Source: a virus. Taken from it: a stretch of 64,000 nt of DNA. The notes under the pieces were generated by a model. The model saw only the letters and a program-made list of their open reading frames with translations, did no database searches and was not told where the DNA came from. A program made the position numbers and the translations under genes. Within the stretch, counting starts at the first letter, position 1. Each line of letters opens with the position of its first letter. Where the stretch lies: IMG/VR virus record IMGVR_UViG_3300021599_000885. One strand, written 5' to 3'. Positions 20,057 to 27,614 of the stretch are shown here, in pieces.

Positions 20057-20190
20057 CAGTAATCGTAGTTAGAGTTGATGTAAGATTCTACATTGAACTT
20101 CTCATCTTTCTCCCATTCTTCTTTATACTCAATCACATCGAAGATTTCACCAGGAGCATCAGCAATCTCAGACCAGAGTTCATCAAACAT
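20056..20190 (-). CDS. Acidic hypothetical protein (44 aa)
   Basis: MFDELWSEIADAPGEIFD...; GAGG SD. Confidence 0.7.
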   Translation of the reverse strand: MFDELWSEIADAPGEIFDVIEYKEEWEKDEKFNVESYINSNYDY

Positions 20191-20290
20191 CGGGGCAATC
20201 CCTCAACCACGAAACAAGAATACCCCACCAGGAGACCCAGTGGGGCAGATAGTGGACACTTGCTCAACTGGCACAAGAATGCCCAATTGC

Positions 20291-20340
20291 GATACGAATT
20301 CATATCATACAATATTCTTATGATACGAATTCATATCATA
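20291..20340. repeat. Two 19-bp direct repeats GATACGAATTCATATCATA, each a near palindrome
   Basis: Copies at 20291 and 20322. Confidence 0.85.
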
Positions 20341-20377
20341 AAGTACTGATCAATGTGCCAATCCACGAACTGGCACA

Positions 20378-20533
20378 TTAAAAATCGATATCGAATTCTT
20401 TTACGTTACAGTGAAGATCTTCACCTGGTTCGAGTTCTAATAACTCCTTCCAGTTTACATCTTCAAGATGTAAATCATCATAACACATGATGTCTAGTGT
20501 AACTGTAACTAGGCGCTTGTTATGTGTTAACAT
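20378..20533 (-). CDS. Hypothetical protein (51 aa)
   Basis: MLTHNKRLVTVTLDIMCYDDLHLEDVNWKELLELEPGEDL... Confidence 0.6.
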   Translation of the reverse strand: MLTHNKRLVTVTLDIMCYDDLHLEDVNWKELLELEPGEDLHCNVKEFDIDF

Positions 20534-20573
20534 GTTACTAGATGTGTAATGTGTATGTATGACCTAGTACACA

Positions 20574-20738
20574 TTATGCATAATGACGATACGCAAGTGT
20601 ATCATAATCTTGTGTATCTCGTGTGTATTCCTCGTCGAGATCTACTACATCTAGTTGAGCATAATGCTCATAGTATGAGTCCTCGTCGAGATTATAATCA
20701 TTGCTGAATGTATAGTCGAGATCGTAATCGTCGTACAT
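20574..20738 (-). CDS. Asp/Tyr-rich acidic small protein
   Basis: MYDDYDLDYTFSNDYNLDEDSYY...; downstream of promoter TTGTTT-17-TACAAT. Confidence 0.55.
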   Translation of the reverse strand: MYDDYDLDYTFSNDYNLDEDSYYEHYAQLDVVDLDEEYTRDTQDYDTLAYRHYA

Positions 20739-20855
20739 AAGCTCGTCGAGATCTTGTGTTCTTGTGTATTGTAGCATATATCTCGTCGAGAAACAACCTG
20801 TCTAGGTATAAGTCTCGTCGAGATTCATAACCATTATTTATAAGTCTCGTCTAGA
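20630..20855. repeat. Seven copies of the 11-bp palindrome TCTCG(T)CGAGA (iteron-like)
   Basis: Copies at 20630, 20681, 20711, 20741, 20781, 20813 and 20845 (some with mismatches). Confidence 0.85.
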
Positions 20856-20894
20856 TTTTGTGTGGGTCTCCGTATATTTTCCCGCGCCCGGAAC

Positions 20895-20923
20895 TTGACA
20901 ACTTGCGCGTCTTATGGTACGCT
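20895..20923 (+). promoter_or_regulatory. Counter-oriented sigma70 promoter TTGACA-17-TACGCT with extended -10 TG
   Basis: Perfect -35 and 17-bp spacer; fires into non-coding repeats. Confidence 0.55.
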
Positions 20924-20932
20924 CGCTAAGCC

Positions 20933-21035
20933 CACAAGACCAGGAGGGATTTATAAGGGATTTATAAGGGGTTTATAAGGGGTTTATAAGGTTTATAAGA
21001 CACAAGACCAGGAGGGGTTTATAAGAATTATAAGA
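20933..21035. repeat. 11-bp GGG(A/G)TTTATAA tandem array with a duplicated CACAAGACCAGGAGGG
   Basis: G-tracts at 20946, 20957, 20968 and 20979; 16-mer at 20933 and 21001. Confidence 0.9.
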
Positions 21036-21133
21036 GTATTATTGATACTAATTCATATCATTATCATACCTTATTGAGAATCATTATCAACAATACAATT
21101 AACAACTTTATATTTAAAAAGGTATTTAATTAA

Positions 21134-21160
21134 TAAAAAACCCCTAAAAAGGGGTTAAAA
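21134..21160 (-). terminator. Intrinsic terminator
   Basis: AACCCC-loop-GGGGTT hairpin followed by a T-tract on the minus strand. Confidence 0.6.
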
Positions 21161-21186
21161 GAACATAAAACACTTATTTTAGTCCT

Positions 21187-21855
21187 TTACACTCCCCCTC
21201 TATAATGTGATCTACGTGAATCTAATCTTCTCTGAACTGATGCCTTAAGATCTCTATAAAATGGGCTGGGATTAATATCAGTATCAACAGGTTGAATTAA
21301 TCCACCTCCACCACTACCTGACTTAACATTGAGACTTAAACCTCTATTACCTCTAACAGATGCAGTAGTTGCTGACTTTGGTATTTCACCGGACTTTAAA
21401 TTAGAACTAAATGCAGTCTTCATTCTCTGTAATAAGTTGGGGGTTGATACCGTATTAACAACTGGTTTTAACTTATTCATAAAATCAGAGAACGTTGTTT
21501 GTGTTCCTGTTATTGCTCCTCTGTTACCTGCTTCTATTCTTCTCTGTGATGATGATAACCTTGTAACTTGTGTAAGTTTATCTGCCTTTAGTTTATTTGC
21601 TGATATTGAATCAAGTTTTACTTTCTCTGGTTTAATTGGTAATTCTACTCCCTTATTTGTGAGAGCACGTTTTAAATCACGACGAAAGTTTAGAAAACCT
21701 CTACTATCACTACCACTCTTTGGTGCTGGTACTTGAGCACCTGATTCATGCCTGTAAATATCATGCTTACCAGAAGAACGTTCTAACTTAAAACCAAGTT
21801 TTTCTGCCTGTTGAGCATAACGTTTTTGATCTGATGCTTCCTGTAAATTATGCAC
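21187..21855 (-). CDS. HicA-like toxin domain fused to a basic low-complexity tail
   Basis: AEKLGFKLERSSGKHDIYRHESGAQVPAP fits the HicA G-x-H pattern. Confidence 0.6.
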   Translation of the reverse strand: MHNLQEASDQKRYAQQAEKLGFKLERSSGKHDIYRHESGAQVPAPKSGSDSRGFLNFRRDLKRALTNKGVELPIKPEKVKLDSISANKLKADKLTQVTRLSSSQRRIEAGNRGAITGTQTTFSDFMNKLKPVVNTVSTPNLLQRMKTAFSSNLKSGEIPKSATTASVRGNRGLSLNVKSGSGGGGLIQPVDTDINPSPFYRDLKASVQRRLDSRRSHYRGGV

Positions 21856-21869
21856 AGTATAATGAGGTT

Positions 21870-22118
21870 TTACTTCTCATCATATTTATCGGCGCGTGAC
21901 TTAACATAGGTGAGATCTTTCCATGACTCTGGATAACACAATACCAGTGTTCTATGATTCCTATGATGAGTACCGTTCTGCAGATCATCAGGATGTTTTG
22001 GTTTAGTCTTTGTCTCAATCGTAAGATAAGACTTATCCTTAAAATACACCCATCCTTCTACAGAGAACTTACCTTTGTTCCACCTAACATAATCATCTAA
22101 TTGGGGGACATAAGACAT
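21870..22118 (-). CDS. Hypothetical protein
   Basis: 82-aa ORF in operon. Confidence 0.75.
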   Translation of the reverse strand: MSYVPQLDDYVRWNKGKFSVEGWVYFKDKSYLTIETKTKPKHPDDLQNGTHHRNHRTLVLCYPESWKDLTYVKSRADKYDEK

Positions 22119-22390
22119 TGCATTAAAGGATTAAGGTTTAATAGCATTGCAGAGTATGGTGTCGTTTGTTCTATACTAACGACGGATCCCATTGTAGAGG
22201 AGTTGACTGGGGAATGATAGGACTTTGTTTTGGTGTTATAGAATCCCCAGATACAACGGACTGGAGCACCATGATTGTAATCAAACCGACGCTGATGAAG
22301 AATCCAGATAGCAATAACATTGCGTTTAAACTCGGTTTGCTCATAACTATACCCTTCTGGTGGTTGGTGTTTAAACGTCTGGGGTAGCAC
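22097..22390 (-). CDS. Hypothetical protein
   Basis: FKHQPPEGYSYE...CIWGFYN...TTPYSAM; start uncertain (GTG at 22390 chosen). Confidence 0.7.
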   Translation of the reverse strand: MLPQTFKHQPPEGYSYEQTEFKRNVIAIWILHQRRFDYNHGAPVRCIWGFYNTKTKSYHSPVNSSTMGSVVSIEQTTPYSAMLLNLNPLMQCLMSPN

Positions 22391-22538
22391 GCAATCGATT
22401 GGGATTTGTTCCTTCTTCAATGAGTTCTTCAAGACGTTGTTTTGCTTCTGGTTTTGTGAGTTGAGTGGACTTTCCTGGTACAACTTCCCATCCTGTTGTG
22501 TTGTACTCTTCAATGCGATACAGTTTTTCTTCAGTCAT
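22371..22538 (-). CDS. Hypothetical protein (55 aa)
   Basis: MTEEKLYRIEEYNTTGW...GTNPNRLRA. Confidence 0.7.
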   Translation of the reverse strand: MTEEKLYRIEEYNTTGWEVVPGKSTQLTKPEAKQRLEELIEEGTNPNRLRATPDV

Positions 22539-22540
22539 TG

Positions 22541-22774
22541 TTATGTGGTAAATGATTCTACAATACCCGATTCTTCGGTGTTAGCAAGTGCATAACGCGA
22601 GGCACTATTCACTCGTTCCATAATCAGGTTGTCGTATTTATCGTCACATTGATCCCTCCAATTCAGAAGAATATCATGACATTCAACATCGTTCTTAGCG
22701 ATTACAGCGATCAAACCACCATATTCTGATGATGGAAATGGAACCCAGTAATCAACCAAATACAGATAGTTCAT
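22541..22774 (-). CDS. Hypothetical protein
   Basis: 77 aa; YLYLVDYWVPFPSSEYGG; promoter TTGACA-17-TACAAT upstream. Confidence 0.8.
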   Translation of the reverse strand: MNYLYLVDYWVPFPSSEYGGLIAVIAKNDVECHDILLNWRDQCDDKYDNLIMERVNSASRYALANTEESGIVESFTT

Positions 22775-22787
22775 CGTTGTGTGTAAG

Positions 22788-22967
22788 TTACTCCTTAATT
22801 GTAGATTGTTGTTTGCTATTTGTCAAGAGAGACAATTGTCGTTCAAGTTCACACTTCATCTTATACAATTTACTATAAAGAAAAACCTCATACTCATTTC
22901 CTTTCAGTAAACTAATCATGTTGTGAATCTGCATCAGTGCTAAATGCAACTTTGCTTCTTCAGTCAA
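22788..22967 (-). CDS. Hypothetical protein (59 aa)
   Basis: TTG start overlapping the upstream stop; ...KCELERQLSLLT... Confidence 0.6.
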   Translation of the reverse strand: MTEEAKLHLALMQIHNMISLLKGNEYEVFLYSKLYKMKCELERQLSLLTNSKQQSTIKE

Positions 22968-23107
22968 AGAAATTCCTCCATCAGATAATCTACAGTCACC
23001 TCCATTTTAGCGGCACTGTTTTCCAGAAACTCATCCAGAAGTTCAGGTGCATCTTCCTGCATTACGGCAAGAGTCTGATACCAAAGTTTAGTAGGAAGGG
23101 ACGACAT
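22964..23107 (-). CDS. Hypothetical protein (47 aa)
   Basis: MSSLPTKLWY...AAKMEVTVDYLMEEFL. Confidence 0.65.
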   Translation of the reverse strand: MSSLPTKLWYQTLAVMQEDAPELLDEFLENSAAKMEVTVDYLMEEFL

Positions 23108-23294
23108 CGTTTCGGAGTCCTGTTTCTGATCGATCAAGAGTTTCCCAAACTGAGTATAGTTTGTTGTAGAGGGCTGGGGCACTTCCATATTCTTTAGCAA
23201 TTTGATTTTCGTCACGGTTGGTAAGTAGTTGCAGTGCAGATAGAATTACACCAATTTCATGCACATTCAGATTTACATTTGCGTCAGTCATCAT
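23088..23294 (-). CDS. Hypothetical protein
   Basis: 68 aa; GGAGG SD. Confidence 0.7.
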   Translation of the reverse strand: MMTDANVNLNVHEIGVILSALQLLTNRDENQIAKEYGSAPALYNKLYSVWETLDRSETGLRNDVVPSY

Positions 23295-23328
23295 ACCTCC
23301 ATAGGTGAACTATTGTTATTCTAACATA

Positions 23329-23529
23329 TTAGTCTTGAAGAGTGAAGTTAGGAGCCCACATGACTTCATATTGTCCATTGTCTTCTCCTTGGGCTTCAAA
23401 CCATTCTGCATATTCCTCATATAATGCACGACAGGTATCTTCGTTGTCAACTTCTGCACAACTTTGACACAGTGCATAAATGTGGTCAAGTTGATCCTCT
23501 ACAATGTCGGTGCGTTGTTCGTCAGTCAT
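23329..23529 (-). CDS. Acidic hypothetical protein
   Basis: 66 aa; own boxed promoter. Confidence 0.7.
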   Translation of the reverse strand: MTDEQRTDIVEDQLDHIYALCQSCAEVDNEDTCRALYEEYAEWFEAQGEDNGQYEVMWAPNFTLQD

Positions 23530-23602
23530 GAGAAGTCCTCTTGATTACCTTGTAAGTATAGCAGGGTGAAGTGGGATAAGCAGTGCAGTAGTGGACAGTT
23601 CC

Positions 23603-24508
23603 TCAACTGGTCTGGAATCGCCCGTGGTTGAAGTTAGCACGGGAGAATGCCTCACGCTTCACCAATTTGAAGCAACCGTGCTCATTGGACAAAACATAAC
23701 CTTCAGCATCAATACGCTCCCCTAACAGATAGGTAGCAGGTCCATTATTGCGACAAATGAACAAACAGTCCTCCTTAATCGACTTGACAAGTTTCCACAA
23801 ACGAATTAGGTTGCGATCGCAGTCGCAGGCGACCGTCAGTGCCTCCTCGTCCAGTTCGTTGCCGCTTTTGATGAAAGTGTTGAAAACCTGCTTCATCTTC
23901 TGTGCTTTTGAATGACTTACAAACTCACAGGTTGTAGACATTTGACGGGCAAATGCACAGACTTCATCAACATCAGCAAAACGCTCTTGCCCATAGGCAA
24001 TCCAGGCAAGTGGTTGCACAAACTTACACTGACGGTTACCAGTCAGTTTATAAGACAATGGATAGGCATGTGCATCCCGAAGATCACTACTTGCCTGATA
24101 ATAGGTATGAGGAGCAACAATCACATCCTCAGTGATTACATTCTCAAACTGATAGGTGAGGAGTTGGGAGTTGTACTCGGACTGTCCACCAAACCCAATA
24201 AAATCACCTTGATAGATGTTATGAGTGCGAGGAAGCACATCATAACAACGATGAAGGATTTCCGCGACATTTCCTTCGTAGAACTGATCGATTTCATCAT
24301 GAGAATGAGCAATGCGAATCTTCACCTTGTTGAACACTGCTTTAGTGCCGACAAAGAAAGTATTTGTTGCAGGATCGTTGCCCCAGACAATCGCAGGAGC
24401 ACCGTCCATCTTAACACTCAGATTACCCTTACTCACAAACCAATCAAGAACAGAAAGGTCACCAGTAAGAATAGAATCTTCAGGGTGCTCAAGGTGAAGG
24501 TTTTTCAT
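23603..24508 (-). CDS. ATP-dependent ligase/nucleotidyltransferase-like protein
   Basis: 301 aa; SVKMDGAP (KxDG motif I), YQGD, EGYV (motif IV) and FKLVKR (motif V). Confidence 0.6.
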   Translation of the reverse strand: MKNLHLEHPEDSILTGDLSVLDWFVSKGNLSVKMDGAPAIVWGNDPATNTFFVGTKAVFNKVKIRIAHSHDEIDQFYEGNVAEILHRCYDVLPRTHNIYQGDFIGFGGQSEYNSQLLTYQFENVITEDVIVAPHTYYQASSDLRDAHAYPLSYKLTGNRQCKFVQPLAWIAYGQERFADVDEVCAFARQMSTTCEFVSHSKAQKMKQVFNTFIKSGNELDEEALTVACDCDRNLIRLWKLVKSIKEDCLFICRNNGPATYLLGERIDAEGYVLSNEHGCFKLVKREAFSRANFNHGRFQTS

Positions 24509-24651
24509 CAGAAAAGTTCGAGTTGGGCAAACATCAGGTGATCGTCACAACTATCAGAGTCGTGCAGATCAATCATATCAGAATCGGTGTGAGAAAAGAG
24601 TTTATCGAAAAGAAAATCAACAAACTCTTTATTTGATTTTTCGTTGTTCAT
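24508..24651 (-). CDS. Hypothetical protein (47 aa)
   Basis: MNNEKSNKEFVDFLFDKLF...; TGATG coupling. Confidence 0.6.
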   Translation of the reverse strand: MNNEKSNKEFVDFLFDKLFSHTDSDMIDLHDSDSCDDHLMFAQLELF

Positions 24652-24668
24652 GAGAGTAACCATCAGAA

Positions 24669-24815
24669 TCACCAGCGAATGTAAGTTTCGTCAGGATAAA
24701 TGCCATTTTCTTCACAACGGCACTCATAGGCAATTCGCTTGAGAAACTCAATGTCCATGTCCTCAATCTCCTCCAGAATACTGAGGCGCAGTTCGCGGAT
24801 GGTGGCGTCTTCCAT
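24669..24815 (-). CDS. Hypothetical protein (48 aa)
   Basis: MEDATIRELRLSILEEIEDMD...; GAGG SD. Confidence 0.65.
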   Translation of the reverse strand: MEDATIRELRLSILEEIEDMDIEFLKRIAYECRCEENGIYPDETYIRW

Positions 24816-24886
24816 TGGATTCCCCTCTGTTGATGCTCTTATTATAGGGCATTCAGGCGCTGCTGGAATGCCCCCTGTGCCAGTTC

Positions 24887-25138
24887 TTAAACTGTCACAG
24901 GCACTTGGAAATACAATCCAGCACGCTTCATCATATCAATCAATGCGGATTGAATATCCTCCAATTCATCACGTTCTGCATCAGTCATTTCTTCCTCAAA
25001 GTAGAAAACATCAAACTCATTGAAGTTCACACTACCATCAGCAAGAATGGGAGCATAGAACAACTCACCCTCGGTGCAAACAGTATAAACACAACCGTGA
25101 TTCTCAACAGTCAGGAAAACGCCAGTGAAGTTAGTCAT
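24887..25138 (-). CDS. Hypothetical protein
   Basis: 83-aa ORF. Confidence 0.7.
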   Translation of the reverse strand: MTNFTGVFLTVENHGCVYTVCTEGELFYAPILADGSVNFNEFDVFYFEEEMTDAERDELEDIQSALIDMMKRAGLYFQVPVTV

Positions 25139-25213
25139 TTCAGAAACGGGTGATGTTTTTAAGGAGAATAAAAACCAGGGTTGTAATACAAACCCAGATG
25201 ATAAATGTGGTCA

Positions 25214-25447
25214 TCAGCAGGCACCATTCATAGGATTAACATTCACGGCATCGGTATTAAAGTTGGTCACTTCATAACCAAGTCCAATGCGCTCATCACA
25301 CTCACGCTGAAAGTCACGCTTGGTAATACACTTGGTGCTCATGGTATCAACACCCTGAAACTTCAGCACTTTATAGATGAATTGAGTGCTACCTTCGATG
25401 GGATAGTAGTCAACAACCATCGTACCAGTGGTGGAGGTGAGTTGCAT
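25214..25447 (-). CDS. Hypothetical protein
   Basis: 77 aa; own boxed promoter. Confidence 0.75.
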   Translation of the reverse strand: MQLTSTTGTMVVDYYPIEGSTQFIYKVLKFQGVDTMSTKCITKRDFQRECDERIGLGYEVTNFNTDAVNVNPMNGAC

Positions 25448-25537
25448 TTGGGGTCGTTCCCTTGATTACCTTAGTATTATAGAGCAGATGGTGGGCAGTG
25501 GAAGCGGTACTGTGCCACTTCCACAACTGTCCCCACT

Positions 25538-25702
25538 TCAGGCACCAATAACAGAAACGTCGATCTCTTTAATGTTCAATCCACACAGTTGATTGTAGAC
25601 ACGATTGTGAATAAACTTACATGCGTTTTCTTTGTTAGAACGCTCATACCAAATAGTAATGCAACCGTCTGCAGTTTCAACCAGAATGCGAATGTCCTTC
25701 AC
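25538..25702 (-). CDS. Hypothetical protein (54 aa)
   Basis: GTG start, MKDIRILVETADGCITIWYE...; own boxed promoter. Confidence 0.65.
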   Translation of the reverse strand: MKDIRILVETADGCITIWYERSNKENACKFIHNRVYNQLCGLNIKEIDVSVIGA

Positions 25703-25729
25703 TGGTGTCGTCTCTTGATTACCTTGTAA

Positions 25730-26206
25730 TTATACTGCCTGCATCAGGCGGTTGGAGAAGCAGTGTGCCACCTTTTCAACTGTCACAAGACCCCTATCTA
25801 TCAAATAATCATGATACAATTCTTCTTCCATATATCGTGCTTCTACTTCATGTGGTTGATACCAATACTCATACTTTTCGACAGGTTCTTTAGAATAACA
25901 CAATTTTCCATAACGGGAGCGCAGCAGACCATCCACCCACTGCTTCATATGGGTTAATTCATGCAAAAGAGTTTTTACATACAACTCTTTGTCCATATAG
26001 GTATTCATTTCGATTAGAAAGTGACGAGGACGATAATTGTCTTCAATAACGTCACAATATCCATAAACCTGCTCACGATTCAGACCACGATGCACAATGT
26101 CCAGCGTAATCTTGTGTCGTGGGAAATACTTAGTCAGAAACCAAGAGGTAACATCCTCACAGAGTTTCTTAGAATAACCATATCCAGAATGACTGATGTA
26201 AGACAT
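25730..26206 (-). CDS. Zincin-like metallopeptidase
   Basis: TLLHELTHMKQW (HExxH) with downstream PHEVEA. Confidence 0.75.
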   Translation of the reverse strand: MSYISHSGYGYSKKLCEDVTSWFLTKYFPRHKITLDIVHRGLNREQVYGYCDVIEDNYRPRHFLIEMNTYMDKELYVKTLLHELTHMKQWVDGLLRSRYGKLCYSKEPVEKYEYWYQPHEVEARYMEEELYHDYLIDRGLVTVEKVAHCFSNRLMQAV

Positions 26207-26346
26207 TGACCCCAATGAAGAAACCAAAGGAAAGAACCAAGAAAAACAAGTTTATGTGTCGTCGTCATTATCAGTGTCTCTCATAATAACGTAATTAAAA
26301 CCAAGTGCTAAAAGCACAGCACTAATCCAACAAAGAAAAAGTGTAA

Positions 26347-26550
26347 TCATCCCCACGCTTCCACATATTCAATAAGAGTAAATCCTTCGTCAGTCTGCGT
26401 TTCCTCAACCAACTCATCATAGGTCATCTCTTTCAATCCTTCCAGATAATCTTCAGGAGATACATCCACATCAGGATCATAATCATCATGACAAAGAAAG
26501 ACATACTCATTGTAAAGTGCCTCAATCAACAGTTCTTTGGGGAAATTCAT
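26347..26550 (-). CDS. Acidic hypothetical protein
   Basis: 67-aa ORF. Confidence 0.7.
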   Translation of the reverse strand: MNFPKELLIEALYNEYVFLCHDDYDPDVDVSPEDYLEGLKEMTYDELVEETQTDEGFTLIEYVEAWG

Positions 26551-26634
26551 TTTCTTTGTTGAGATGATTAAACCAGGGAGAGAATAATGCTAGTGCCGCC
26601 CATGCAACACTAGCAGAAATGATAAGGAAGTAAA

Positions 26635-26985
26635 TCACTTATAAAGATAACCTCCTGCCCAGTCACAACGCTCAAGCATTTGCTCACGGGAGTTGATAAT
26701 CAGCACATTGTAACGCTCTCCCTTAGCAGGTGCTTTAATGCTAGCAGGTTTGTAGACAGAACCAGTCTTCTTATCAATGAAAGCGTGAATGCTATCGCGG
26801 CGATCACCAATGTGCATGAAGACTTTGTGATACTTACGCCCAGAAGAGTCCAGAGAGTAGAAGTAACCGTCAGGAGCATCTTGCTGGAGAGCATCACACA
26901 GCATCATACCATACTTAACAATGTTAAGATAGATGGTGTTCTGTGCGTCCTTCTGGGCAGCGTAGTCAGCGAAGGTGGTGGACAT
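26635..26985 (-). CDS. Conserved phage hypothetical protein
   Basis: GRKYHKV...HAFIDKKTGSVYKPAS.KAPAKG.RYN...CDWAGGYLY. Confidence 0.8.
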   Translation of the reverse strand: MSTTFADYAAQKDAQNTIYLNIVKYGMMLCDALQQDAPDGYFYSLDSSGRKYHKVFMHIGDRRDSIHAFIDKKTGSVYKPASIKAPAKGERYNVLIINSREQMLERCDWAGGYLYK

Positions 26986-27037
26986 CGGTTGCTTGCGTAT
27001 GAAGGTATTATAGGGCATCCTAGACGCCTCTCAGGGG

Positions 27038-27163
27038 TCAGTATGCCAGTTCGGGAACTGGATCCCAGGAGTCGTCCTCTTTCATGTATCCCATCCAGTC
27101 TTTAGGATCTACATCATAGATCTCAATCTCACGAATTTCATCCAGAATCTCAGATAAGTCCAT
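27038..27163 (-). CDS. Hypothetical protein (41 aa)
   Basis: MDLSEILDEIREIEIYDVDPKDWMGYM...; GAGG SD. Confidence 0.6.
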   Translation of the reverse strand: MDLSEILDEIREIEIYDVDPKDWMGYMKEDDSWDPVPELAY

Positions 27164-27207
27164 GAAGTTGACCCTCAAATTGTTTAGTTATTGTAGCATA
27201 AGGCAGA

Positions 27208-27594
27208 CTAAACCGCCAGTGCTCCAGAAGGAATTTCTACAATCTCAGGCAGTTTGCTATCATCAAACTGGTGCATGTTGTAGCACACCCATTCACCATT
27301 ACGGAAGACATAAGCATACTCTTCGCTGTTGTCGGGCAGCAGGTATTCTCCAAGGAAAGCATCAAGGCGAGGAGGGCAATTCTCACCACGAGCAGAATAA
27401 TACTCTGCTTCCTTGTCATCATTCCAACAGGAACTCATATCACCACCATCAATCAGTTCAGAAACTTTCTCTTTGGTGTTGTAATGAGTGTTCAGAATAC
27501 GACCCAACCATTCGGGATACCCATCCCAATGATGATAGCTTGAAAGAATAGAACCGTCAGAGAGTTCAATTCCAATTCTGGAGCGAGTCGCCAT
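27208..27594 (-). CDS. Conserved phage hypothetical protein
   Basis: MATRSRIG...YHHWDGYPEWLG...LIDGGDMS...EEYAYVF. Confidence 0.85.
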   Translation of the reverse strand: MATRSRIGIELSDGSILSSYHHWDGYPEWLGRILNTHYNTKEKVSELIDGGDMSSCWNDDKEAEYYSARGENCPPRLDAFLGEYLLPDNSEEYAYVFRNGEWVCYNMHQFDDSKLPEIVEIPSGALAV

Positions 27595-27614
27595 TGCCTT
27601 TGTTTGAACTGAAG

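Noticed and set aside
20630-21035. CRISPR array
   Set aside because: The repeats are 11 bp, spacing is irregular or tandem, and there are no cas genes in the window.
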